DNA from: Rebecca billardiae RCC1528
Taxonomy: Eukaryota; Protista; Haptophyta
Reading direction: 5' to 3'
Assembly: GCA_965240325.2 (NCBI GenBank)
Contig: OZ251225.1
Location: 2,170,001 to 2,234,000, forward strand
DNA length: 64,000 bases
Positions within the stretch are counted from its first letter, which is position 1, and each line of letters starts with the position of its first letter. Shown here one piece after another: positions 12,278 through 23,990 of this stretch. Made by a program: the position numbers and the translations under genes. The notes beneath the pieces are model-generated. The model ran no database searches, was not told the DNA's origin, and worked only from the letters and a program-made list of their open reading frames with translations.

Positions 12278-12691
12278 TCGGGGCCGACCTCGAAGCGCGC
12301 GCCCCGTGCCGCGCAGCCTGCCCACGGAGGGGGACCTCGGCGGGTCTGGGCCCACGCCACGGCTGTCGCGGCTGCGCCCCGACGCCGAGGCCGAGCGCTG
12401 CAACACTGAGCGCGGTCACTGGGACCGTCACTGGCGTTCGGTCAGACCAACTTTATGCCACCGCTTGGGCGCAGCCCGCCCGGTTGGTATGATCAAGCTG
12501 AGACTGCCGCTGCGTTAATCTGACAACTGGTACTTTAAAAGTTAGTATACTTATTACTTCGATTTGTCCGTCAGTGACGGTCTGCCTCCGCGGCCTGACT
12601 CACTCGGCGGCCTCGGGCCCGTGATGGGTCTGCGGACTCTGGAGTCTGGGACTGTCATTGAACAGATATTAAGACGTGCTACACAACATCA

Positions 12692-13327
12692 GGCTCCGGC
12701 TCCGCCCCCCCCCCCCCCCCCCAGCTCCGTTACGTCTCAGTGGCCCCGAGCCGAACGGTCAACCAAGCCGGACCATGCAGCTGAGTGAGGCAGAGTCCCT
12801 TCCGACCTACACGACAGACCGACCGCCCCGATTCGGCTGATTGATGATAATGACTTCGATCAATCAGTGCTGACGAGATACGCCCCGCGATACGGGCGGG
12901 CCATCCGACCACCTTGAGGCTTGACCTGGCCCAATAGGTTCAGACTCTATTTTACTATATTATAATTACCCGTCTCTTAGTACTCATATTTCAGCACAAC
13001 CCGGGAGCGTTCCGGACACTTGTGTACATAATACATAGCAGTATGCACGAAAATGTCTCCCGGACTGGGTATTTAGTTATAGAAAATATCGTCTGAACCT
13101 AATACCTATTGGAGGTGTGGCTGATGATCCATCTGCCAGTGATCTGGCCAAAATATCGTCCAAGGGACCGCCTGGGGTGGTGTCTAGGAGCTATCGTAGA
13201 TCATCAGAGGTGGCGATCCCGCCGAGTTGGGACCGTGTCAAGAATAACAATATATAGTCAATAAGATGTAAGTTGTAACGCAGACGCTCCAGTGACCGGA
13301 CTGGGGGGGGGACCGAAGCCGGAGCCA
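12692..13327. mobile_element. Possible MITE with imperfect terminal inverted repeats (GGCTCCGGCT-polyC ... polyG-AGCCGGAGCC)
   Basis: 12692-12730 is approximately the reverse complement of 13293-13327. The interior is AT-richer. No clean target-site duplication (TSD). Confidence 0.35.
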
Positions 13328-13647
13328 ACAGGCATGCTGATATGTCGATGATTGACGATGGCGAACGCCGCCGAGATGAATAAGATCCACTACGACTATA
13401 GCATCATATATACCTTTATATTGTAGCTTGACGCGATGGAATAATCGCCAAGCGGGCCAAGCAGCAGCTACTGAATGAGTGACGACTGTAGTCCGACGCA
13501 GACCGTCGCGCCACGCGGACGACCCGGCGCCACCGACGGCGCGGTCAGACTCATGCTAGGCCGGGCGGTTACGAGTCATGCTGATGCTGACGATACGACG
13601 ACTCGGCTCATCATAGGCCGCGTGAGTCATCTAATTGAGTAATACCT

Positions 13648-14462
13648 TAGGGTCTCCAACATTAAACTGGACACTTTATTGGGCAGCAGCTCAGCGTACG
13701 GCCTGTGGCTGCCTCGCGCGGGGTCAGGAGCGGCCAGCTCGGCTCGTGTGCACCCCACTGGGTCTGCCTGCGACCGCGCATAGCTGGGCAGCCCGCGTTG
13801 AGCACCAATCTGGGTCATGCGGACAGTCGGCACAAGGCTGGTCGTGAGGGCCGTGAAGCAGCCGTGTGGCTTCTGCTCATCGGTCTGTAGCCAGCAAGCC
13901 CGCTCAAGGCCGCCCAGATATTATAACGTGGCATGGTCGGTGACTATGCGAGATGCGCTCGACAGCCCTGGGCGAGCCCGGGCGTAGCGCTACACCAGGA
14001 GCATACGGCCCGATCGGTCCAGCCTAGTACCAGTTGCACACCTCTCTTGCATAGTTGCTGCACAGCCAGTCGATCGGCTCTGGCCGTGCAGGCAAGGGCT
14101 ACACTCGGCGCCACTACCCGCAGCGAACGCTGGAGGCCCAGCAGTGCGCACACCAACCCGCCCGCCGTCAAATGCAACCGTGCGCCAGATACGAATTTCA
14201 GCATGCATGCCTGACTCGCGGGGGCTCCGTGGACCTGTTCAGAGCCAACCGCTAGTTGGTTGAGCTGTAACTACATCCTAGCCAGCCCTGGCCACACGCA
14301 GAGCGCGCCGCTCGCTGCAACCACTTCCTGTCGTCATCCGAGGAGTAAGGTCCATGGCGCTAATGAGAGCCTCTGGCCCATCTCATCGTCAGCAGCCGTA
14401 CAGTATATTTGTTTTAACGTGCCTAGCAAAAATCAGTGTCCGAACAATTGTTGGGGACCCTG
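13648..14462 (-). mobile_element. Degenerate Tc1/mariner-type element
   Basis: 28-bp imperfect TIRs (13648-13675 and 14435-14462, ~20/28 matches). The right end reads ...GGGGACCCTG|TA. The minus-strand remnant PRYNIWAALSG resembles a DDE-transposase strand motif. Confidence 0.5.
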
Positions 14463-14485
14463 TAATCTCAGGCGGACTCATGAGT

Positions 14486-16035
14486 ATGGCGGGCCGTAGG
14501 TCCGCCCCTTGTAGTGCCCGGGAAAAAGATAAGAAAAGAAAAAGAAAAAAGAAAATCGCCTCGCAGAGAAAAGAAAATCGCTTCGCTCACTACCGGGCGC
14601 CCTCGCAGCTCCCACTGGGGACGCTCGGCCGAAAACCATCTTGGCCATGGCGCGGAGCGCGTGGGCCGCGCGCGCCAAATCCAACGCCGGCGCGGACATC
14701 GCGCGGGGATTCCCGAACGGTGTTTTCGCCCGATTCGCGATTGCTGCCCTCGTCGTCTCGCGTGCAGGTCGAACGGGGGCTAAATCGACGCGTTTGGAGC
14801 GGTACGCTCGGCGCGTCGACACGATCGTGCGACCTGGGGCGATCCTCGCCCGACGTGCACGTCGAAAGCTCGCACCGGCCATAGCATCATGCGCTGCGCA
14901 TGATGACCGCCTCGCGCGATCCACCGTCGCGCGTCGGGCTCGGTGCGAGAAAGCCCTCATCACGAGGCGTCTCGCGGGCGGGAAGCGCCATCGCACGCGA
15001 CGCAAGATTTCTGAACTCGATCGCCGGAATCCGCGCACCGGACTCAGTCATTGCTCGCGGTCCGGTCCCTCCGCCGAAGCCCACGTCCGGCCTGCATGGC
15101 GTCGACGGTGACCAATGCGACGGAAGCGCAGCGCCAACGGCGTACGACGCGCAGCGGACGCACCTCCCGGGTCTGTCGCCGTGGCAGCAACCGCGTCATA
15201 GCGAGTTGGCGACCCTCGCCGCAGCGCGACACAGACAAGCCCGTGATGCCATCCGCAGAGAGATGAATCGTCGAGCATGCAACATCGCCGCGCCATGGCC
15301 TCGTCCATGGCGCAGGCGCTGCGGGACGAGGCGGAAGTCGTCACGCCGGTGACGGATGCGCTGCGATTCGTGTGCCCGCGTGCGCAGCGCTTGCCCACTC
15401 TCGATCGCGAGTGGCACACGCTGTCGCTGTGCGCGCGCGCGCGCGCAACCAACAGCTCCTCGTGCCGCCGAGCACGCGAGCGCCAGACCTGTCGAAGATG
15501 CGAAGAGCGACGACCGCGTGACGTCAACGCGCTCGTGCTCAGCGTGGTGGCCGTGTACGACGTCAACGCGACCTGCGCCGAGCCCATCATGCCTGCAGCC
15601 GACATCGACAAGCATCCTCGCGACGACCGCTCTCGGCTGGCGGCAGGAGGACATGCACATGATCTACTCTGGCGGCTTCGTCGGCGGCGAGGCGCTCGAT
15701 TACGCCATCGCGGTCGAGATGCGGCACATACAGCGCGTACCCGCGCTCGCGCGGAGGAACGGGCTACCCGCCCCGCCCCGCGTGCTGCACATTCCCTCGT
15801 GGGTGTGGGCCTCGCTGATGCGCATACTGCAATACTGCTCTAAGAGTACTGAGACCGTGAGACGTGTGTACATCACGTCGGGGAGCCAACTTCACGTGTC
15901 ACTGGTCCTTGCACTCGACTGCCCGTCACCGACAACCACGAGCGAATGATGTGGAAAGACGCGACCCCGCAAAGGATACTACATTGCGACAGCACTGGCA
16001 CGGCCCGCCGACCCCCCGCCCGCCAGGGCACAGTT
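14486..16035 (+). mobile_element. Repeat family A, copy 1: Helentron/HINE-like non-autonomous element
   Basis: Shares its 5' part and 3' terminal block with 28504-30780. It has a 5' hairpin GGCGGGCC-GTA-GGTCCGCC, a 3' subterminal inverted copy ACGGCCCGCC (16000-16009), then a GCCC-GCCA-GGGC stem-loop and AGTT. Confidence 0.7.
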
Positions 16036-16394
16036 CATTTAGAATATATATCGATCGGGGCGCGGAATATTCTCGTCGTCATATATCATCATCCGTAGTC
16101 GATCATCTGAGACAGCTGTCACGCTGAGTCATTTCACGGCAAGCAGTCGTCCGCGACCGCGTGATGATGAGCCGCGCGCTGACGACTCCTTGGTAGCTCG
16201 GTGCATATATATAGTCATTGGAGTGATCATCACTGCTGACGAGTCGACTCGGAGTCTCGAGACGACAGGCAGACAGTGGAGTTGCGCATGCGGTGATCAG
16301 GGCGCGGACGATATGCTGCGTCGCCGCGCGTGCAGCCGGTCGCCGCGGCACGCAGCAGGCCGGCAACATGCATGGCACGCCGTCTGGCTGAGGC

Positions 16395-19300
16395 CTAGAC
16401 GGCCTGGGCGACAGCGTCCTCGGTGCGCGCCGCAGCCCGGCGGCGGCGGACGGCCGTGAGCATGGCGGCCGCGACCACGAGCATGCCCGCGCCCAGGAGC
16501 GCCGCGGCGGCGAGCGGCAAGCGCGCGCCGCCGACGGCGCGCAGGGCACGCCGGGCGCCGTGGATAACGCCAAAGCCTTCATCGCTGGTCGTGCACTCGC
16601 CGCCCGTGAGGCAGGGCGCCAGGAAGGTGTAGGCCTGGCGCACGCTGCTGATGCGGCGGTTGATCTTGTCGGCGACGTCGGTGGCAACGGCGCGGAACGC
16701 GACGCCCTGCGGCGACGTCTGCGTGGCACGCCACCACGCGAGCAGGGCACGCGGGCGGAGCGAGGAGATGAGCGATCGCCGAGCGCGCGGGCCACTCGCG
16801 CGCCGAGGTAGGGCGCTGCGCGCACCGGGAAGAGCGCGGCGACCTTGGCGACCTGGCAGCGGTAGTTGCAGAAGACGTAGTCGAGGCCCTCGTCGTACAC
16901 GAGCGTGTCCTTGCCGTCGTGCCAGATGATGTCGTACTCGCCGTCCTGCGTGTTCACGTAGTCGGCGCCGAGACCGCCCGAGACGAAGTCGAAGCCCGAG
17001 CCGCCGTAGATCTTGTCGTCGCCCAGGCCGCCTGTGTGGCGCGCAGGCGCCGTCGTCGGCAGCGCGCGCGCGCGCGTGAGCGCGCGCGTGCGGTGCGGCG
17101 GAGCGCCAGCCGCGCGCGCCTCGGCACGACCTGCGGCGAGGCGAGGCGCGGCGCGAGGCGCGGCGCGCATCGCGCTGCGACGCGCGCACCAAAGAGGCGG
17201 CTGATGGCGCCACCGTCGTTGTCGTCGCCGCCGTAGAGCTTGTCAGCGCCAAGACCGCCGAAGAGCCAGTTGCGCGCCGCGCCGGCCGTGCCGCCCGCGT
17301 CGTTCCCGCCGTGGCCGCCGTGCAGCGTGTCGTCGCCGGCGCCGCCGAGGTGGACGTTGAGCGTGTTGCCGCCATAGCCGCCGCCTGCCGACCCGCTGGA
17401 GCCCGCGCCAGCAGAGCCGCCACCGCCCGCGGCGACTTCGTCGTCGCCGCGGCCGCCGACGACAATGTTCACAGCGTCGCCGCCGGTGGCGCCAAGGTTT
17501 GCGTTGCCACCCTTGCCGCCGCTGTAGAGGATGATGTCCTCCCCGGAGCCGCCGAAGAGGAAGTTGATGGCGTCGCCGCCAGTCGTGGCCCGCGTGCCGA
17601 TCATGCCCCCGGTGGCATCCCCGCCGTTGCCGCCGTACGCGAAGATCGAGTCGTCGCCAGCGCCTCCGGTCACCAGGCTGATTGCCGTGCCGCCGTCGCC
17701 ACCGTTGGCGCCGAGTCCGGCGATGCCGCCCGCGTAGCCAATGTCGTCGGCGCCGACGCCGCCGCTGATCAGGTTGATCGCCGTCCCGCCAACGCCGCCG
17801 TCATAGCCATTGCCAGCCCTGCCACCTTCGTAGATGAGCTTGTCGTCGCCGGTGTAGCCGCTGACCAGGTTGATCACCGTGCCGCCGTTACCTCCGTCGT
17901 ACCCGTAGCCGGCGATGCCGCCCGCGTACAGGACCTTGTCGTTGCCCCGGCCGCCCTGCACGACGTTGAGCACCGAGCCGCCGATGCCGCGGTCCCGGCC
18001 GTAGCCGCCGTAGCCGCCTTCGTAGAGGATGTCGTCGATCTCGCTGCCACCGTGGACGATGTTGATGGCGTGGCCGCCGAAGGAGCCCGAGTTCCAGCCG
18101 TAGCCACCGTTGCCGCTCCCTTCCAGGATCTCGTCCTCGCCGCTGCCGCCGTTGACCACGTTGAGGACGGAGCCGCCGATGCCCGTCGACCAGGCATCGC
18201 CTCCCGAAGCGGCTTCGCCCTTTCGCGACGTCAGCAACTCGTCGTCACCGCCGCCGCCGTTGACCACGTTGAGGACGGAGCCGCCGATGCCCGAGAGATA
18301 GCCGTCGCCACCGTCGCCGCCTCCGCGCAGCACCTCGTCGTCGCCGTCGCCGGCATTGACCACGTTGAGGACGGAGCCGCCGATGCCAGAGGTCCAGCCG
18401 GGGCCCGCGTCGCCGCCGTCCTCCAGCACCTCGTCGTCGCCGTCGCCGGCATTGACCACGTTGACGACGGAGCCGCCGATGCCCGAGGTCCAGCCGTCGC
18501 CACCGTAGCCGCTGTCCTCCAGCACCTTGTCGTCGCCGGCGCCGGCGTTGACCACGTTGGTGACGGAGCCGCCGATGCCCGAGGTCCAGCCGTCGCCCCC
18601 GCGGCCGCCTTGTTCCCGAATCACCTGGTCGTCGCCGTCGCCGGCATTGACCACGTTGACGACGGAGCCGCCGGTGCCCGAGGTCCAGCCGTCGCCACCG
18701 TCGCCGCCGCCCTCTAGCACCTCGTCGTCGCCGTCGCCGGCATTGACCACGTTGAGGGCGGAGCCGGCGGTGCCCGAGGTCCAGCCGTCGCCACCGTCGC
18801 CGCCGCTCTCCAGCACCTTGTTGGCGCCGGCGCCGGCATTGACCACGTTGGTGGCGGAGCCGCCGATGCCCGATACCCAGCCGTCGCCCGCGTCGCCGCC
18901 CTCCACCAGCACCGCGTCGTCGCCGGCGCCTGCATTGACCACGTTGACGACGGAGCCGCCGATGCCAGACTGTGAGCCCCAGGCCGCGTCGCCGGCGCCC
19001 GTCAGCACCGCGTCGTCGCCGTCACCGGCATTGACCACGTTGGTGGCGGAGCCGCCGATGCCCGAGATCCAGCCGGGGCCCGCGCTGCCGCCACCCTCCA
19101 GCACCTCGTCGTCGCCGTCGCCGGCATTGACCACGTTGGTGGCGGAGCCGCCGATGCCCGAGTTCCAGGCGTCGCCCGCGCCGCCGCCGCCCTCCAGCAC
19201 CGCGTCGTCGCCGGCGCCTGCATTGACCACGTTGACGACGGAGCCGCCGATGCCAGTGGCGTAGCCAGTATTAGCGTTGCCACCCTGTTGGATTAGAAGG

Positions 19301-21935
19301 TCGTCACCATCGCCACCGCTGACCACGTTGGTGACGCTGCCGCCCCGACCGACCATGTAGCCCCATCCAGCGTTTCCACCGTAATAGAGGACCTTGTCAT
19401 CGCCGTCGCCTCCGCTGACGATGTTGGTCGCGCTGCCGCCGACGCCGACGGCCTTGCCTAGGCCCGCGTCGCCGCCGTAGTAGAGGACGTCGTCATCGCC
19501 GGCGCCGCCGTTGATCACGTTGGTCACGCTGCCGCCCTTGCCGACCTCGTAGCCAGCGCCAGCGTTGCCGCCTTCGTAGAAGACTTGGTCGTCGCCGGCG
19601 CCGACGTTCACCACGTTGACGGCGTCGCCACCGACGCCCGCTGCCCGGCCTGCACCCGCGTTGCCACCGAAATAGCCGACCTCGTCGTCGTCGGCGCCGG
19701 CGCCGGTGTTGATCACGTTGGTCGCGCTGCCGCCGCGGCCAATCGTGTAGCCAGCGCCCGCGTCGCCGCCGTAGTAGAGGACGTAGTCTTTGTCAGCGCC
19801 ACCGTTGACCACGGTGGTCACGCTGCCGCCGCGGCCTATCTCGCTGCCACTGCCCGCCTTTGCGCCCCATGCAAAGAAGATGTCGTCATCGGCGCCGCCG
19901 TTGGCCACGTTGAGCGCGTCGCCGCCGATGCCGCCCCTGATGCCGTCGCCAGCATCGCCACCGTAAGTTCCGATCGTGTCGGCGCCCACGCCGCCGTTGA
20001 GCACGTTGGTCACGCTGCCGCCCCGGCCGAGGTCGCCGCCGTCGCCGGCATTGAGGCCTTGGTAGCCGATCTCGTCCCAGCCCGTGAGCCCGTTGATGAG
20101 ATTGACGGCGTCGCCGCCGACGCCGAGGCTGGAGCCGTCGCCGGCATTCCCTCCGTACCCGCTGAGCCAGTCGCCGCCGGTGCCGCCGTCGATCACGTTG
20201 ATGGCGCTGCCGCCGACGCCGACGTACGCGCCCTGGCCCGCGTTGCCACCGTAGTAGTTGATCTTGTCGTAATCGTCGCTGCCGAGCACGACGTTGCGCA
20301 CGTGGCCACCGCGCCCAAAGCCTCTTCCGTCGCCTGCGTTTCCACCCCAGTTGTTGATGTAGTCGTAGCCGAGGCCTCCGGCCAGGAGGTTGGTCGCGTC
20401 GCCGCCGACCCCGAGCGCCGCGCCGTCGCCGGCATCGCCTCCGTACTGGTTGATGTACCCGCCACCGGCCCCGCCGAGCACGACGTTCAGCGCGCTGCCG
20501 CCCGCGTTGCCAACGTACTTGCCGTCGCCCGCGTAGCCCCCGAAGTAGTTGATCTTGTCGTTGCCGTCGCCGCCGGCGATGATGTTGAGCACGTCGCCGC
20601 CGGTGCCGAGGGAGGACGCATCGCCCGCGCCGCCGCCGTACTCGTTGATAAAGTCGTCGCCCTGGCCGCCGGAGAGGATGTTGAGCACGCTGCCGCCCGT
20701 GCCGCCCTGCGCACCGTCGCCCGCCTCGCCGCCCTCGTAGTTGATGGAGTCGGCTCCGGCGCCGCCGGCCACGATGTTCACGGCGCGGCCGCCGACAGAG
20801 TTCCAGGTGGCGTCGCCGGCATCGCCGCCGTCGTAGTTGAGGTTGTCTTCGCCCTGCCGCCCGAGAAGCACGTTGAGCACGTTGCCGCCGCGGCCGTGGA
20901 GCTGCGCGTCGCCGGCGTCGCCGCCGTCGCCGTAGTTGATCTTGTCCTCGCCTCGCCCCCCGAAGAGGATGTTGACAGCGTCGCCGCCCGTGCCGCCGAT
21001 GCCGACGCCAGCGGAGCCGCCACCGTCGTAGTTGATCTTGTCGTCGCCAGACTGGCCGCGCGCGACGTTCAGCACGCTGCCGCCCGTGCCGAGCAGGACG
21101 CCGGCGCCCGCCGACGAGGCGCCATTGTCGTTGATCACGTCGTCGCCGCCGCCGCCGTACACGGCGTTCACCACGTCCAGGCCGTCGCCGTAGAAGGCGG
21201 CCGTGCCGGCGCTGCCGCCGTCCAGCGTGTCGTCGCCCTTGTCGCCGCCCACGTAGTGATAGCGGATGGCCTTGTACCCGTCGAGCGCGGTCGGGAGCAG
21301 GGCGGGCCTCGCGTCCGGCGCGGCCAGGTCATCCGCGCCACCCTTGCCAATGTAGGTCCCCAGCCGACGCCGGTGCCTGCAGGGCGAGCGCGAGCAGCGC
21401 GCGCGCGCCGAGGCCGTGAGCGTTCGCGGATGTGGCCACTGGGGCGCGCGCCGCCCCACGACACTCCGCTGTCGCGTGCCCTGTGCCCCGTGCCCCGCGC
21501 TGGCATGGATGCGCGCTGCAGGCGCGCGCGCGCGCGCTGCCGCGCGCTCCGGGATGGCGGGCCGGCCGGCACGAGTACACACGCCCGCCAAGGCTGCGCA
21601 GGCCCGGCCAACGCCCGGTGCGGCCAGGAGGAACGATCCGCTGACGCGCGCCGTGCGCCCCGGCCGCGCGGAGCCACACCCGCTCCGCACCGGCCTCCCT
21701 CCCTGCCCAACCCCCCGGCGCGCGCCGTGATCGGGCCGGCACGGCCGCGTGCCGCTCCGCGCGCGCAAAGCGCGCGCGCGCACTTGGTGTCGGCGGACAT
21801 CGCGCCTGCCGGCGTGCGAGCCGCATCGATCGGGCTCCGCCGGCCAGCTGACGGCGAGGCCGGCACCGATGCCGCGCCCGCCACGGCGGCGGGGAGAAGC
21901 AGCAGCCACGCCGCGGCCGCGCGCCAAGAGCTCAT
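16395..21935 (-). CDS. Large type-I membrane protein with ~40 Gly-rich RTX-like repeats; exons 21935-21784, 21376-17190, 17031-16826, 16718-16395; ~1622 aa
   Basis: Signal peptide (MSSWRAAAAWLLLLPAAVAGA), RRRL motif, and a ~32-33-aa repeat GGSV(L/V/T)NVVNxGxGDDx(V/I)xxxGGxAGxG containing GGxGxDxL/I. C-terminal TM helix followed by RRRR. Three GT-AG introns give 4869 nt in frame. Confidence 0.85.
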
Positions 21936-22270
21936 GACGAGTCAGCTGCTCGGCGCTCGGCAGACCGAGTGCCCCCTTGCCCCACCCAACCCCGCACCGC
22001 GCACGGTTTTTGCTGGCCCCTTGAACGCGGCGCCGGCCACCGACGACAGGTGCCGCTCGTCACATATTGAACCCCCTTGGTCACAGCATAAGGTAAAGTT
22101 TACCGGCGCAGTGACCAACTTCTGAGAGGACTGGCTGCTGACCAGCCGGGGCCCGCCAACTTCGACTATTATACTGATGAGACCACGAGTGCCGTCGAAT
22201 ACAATCATGCATCCACCAAGTGTTTTCCAGAATTGCATGCGAGAACCCCCTTGCCGTGGGCTACCTCATG

Positions 22271-22838
22271 CAAGGGGCTTACAAAATCCTCATGTCATCA
22301 CAGCCGTGTCACAGCAAGGGGGTTCAATCAAGGGGGGAGAAAGCACAGCGGGACCATCAGGTGCGCCGTCCCGCTCTCTTGGGAATTGAGTGTCCGGTGT
22401 TTTCCCATAGAAAGCGAACACGTTTTGCTCGTTTTGAAATGTTTTGCTCTCGGACCGATGGATTTACATGGGACGAACACCGGACTCTCAATTTCCCAGC
22501 GGGTGGGACGGCGCACCTGATGGTCCCGGATCCCCCGCTGTGCTTTCTCCCCCCTTGATTGAACCCCCTTGGTCACAGCGCGGGCTTTTTAAATTCCCCT
22601 TTATAACGGGCTCCGGGTGTCAGGCTGGCGGCCGAAGCCTCTGCTGCCGCCGATATGATTCTTCGAGGAAGACAACAGTACTTTAAAGTTATGTACCCCC
22701 ATACTGGTACTACCGCCGCAAGAAGTTGCAGCGTACGAAGTATGATACCAAGGGCATTTAACTGGCGACTCACCTTTTAATCATAAAAATGGTCATTAGC
22801 GCCACGGGCCGTGTAGGTGGTATTTTGTAAGCCCCTTG
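22271..22838. mobile_element. Outer non-autonomous TIR element (TIR CAAGGGGCTTACAAAAT) containing a nested MITE
   Basis: Perfect 17-bp inverted repeats at 22271-22287 and 22822-22838. No TSD visible. Confidence 0.6.
22315..22571. mobile_element. 257-bp MITE with long TIRs (CAAGGGGGTTCAATCAAGGGGGGAGAAAGCACAGCGGG...) and a 7-bp TSD GTCACAG
   Basis: The arms are reverse complementary over ~95 bp with small indels. GTCACAG occurs at 22308-22314 and 22572-22578. Solo end copies near 22066-22079 and 33853-33869. Confidence 0.8.
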
Positions 22839-23990
22839 GTGAAATAAATTTAGCGCGCGGGTGTTTTCGTCTGACGATGACTTCTGCGGGCGAATATATC
22901 GTCAGTGTTGTTCAGAATTGCATGCGATACGTGATTACCCGCGGATCAATAACGACGTAGGTTCCCGCCTCGTACGTCGTTGATAGGTGCCGCCGCGGTT
23001 CGCAGGACAAGGTGCCCGAAATTCGCGACTTTCCGCGGGGGGGGGGGCCACGTCCGTTTCAACGGGACGGCCGCCCCCGCCCGCGCGGCTTGCGTGACAT
23101 CAAGGAGAGTCCGGAAAGGGGAATCCGGGACGCTCGTCAACACGGGGGGGGGGGGCTCTTGACGGCCGCGCCGCGCACCCCAGCGTGTCGACCCGCGCCT
23201 CGAGTATGCAAGCGCATTTGGCCATTTGGCGGGCCGCGCGCGGAGCGCACCGCGCCGCGCGTGGGCGCGTCGGCCCGTACGCTCGGAGCACCGGGGGAGA
23301 AAAGTCCGAGCGCGCCGCGCCGCGCCCGTCGTGCGCCATGCACGCGTTCGCTTCAGCTTCGGTGCCGAGCGCCGTCGCCGGACGGGAATGAGAGGCAGGG
23401 CCGGTGCCGAGCTGCCAAGCCGCGGGCGCGTGGAAGGGTACCCGTGGAAGCGCAGGCCCGGCCAACGCCCCCGGACCGCCCAGACGGCCCGAGTACTGAG
23501 GCGAGGGGTAGGCCTTAGGTACTCACGAGGTGCCGTGACCACTCACTCCGCTGAGTTACTGGTTTCGGTCGGTCGGGCCAGGCTTCAGCGTGGCACGATG
23601 ACCCCGGCTCAGTGGTGGTCGTCACGCATGCGGATTGCGGGCCACACATCAGATGATTGATGCCCGGCGGAGTGCTCAGTGAGTCAGTTGGTCACTGTCA
23701 CTGTTGAAACCGTCTAAGTCAGACTAAGAGTTACCTAACAGCCAGGCCTTGCCGCTGGCTGGTCAAGGACAAGGGCTGGTGTTGATGAGGGTGGATATCA
23801 TTTGCGCAAGCGTGATGAAGCAGATGGCGCGGCAACCCGTGCCACAGTGAGCCTAGTACGCACGTTGTTAAAACAAATAGACTGTACAGTTTACTAAGAA
23901 TATAAAGAGACGCACACAGCTCAGGCAGGCGACAGTACCACGGCCGGGCGGCCGCGGATCTTTTTCGGGGTTTCCTCGAGTTATAGGCTT

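Noticed and set aside
18110-19270. CRISPR-like regularly spaced repeats
   Set aside because: They are in-frame coding repeats with homologous 'spacers' in a eukaryotic gene, and no cas genes are present.
17200-21300. Ice-nucleation or antifreeze protein
   Set aside because: No TxT ladders or INP-type repeats were seen, so the function cannot be supported.
16954-21927. Mycobacterial PE_PGRS gene or bacterial contamination; the 1657-aa ORF as listed
   Set aside because: There is no PE domain, the gene has host-style introns, and both ends of the listed ORF are out-of-frame or intron read-through.
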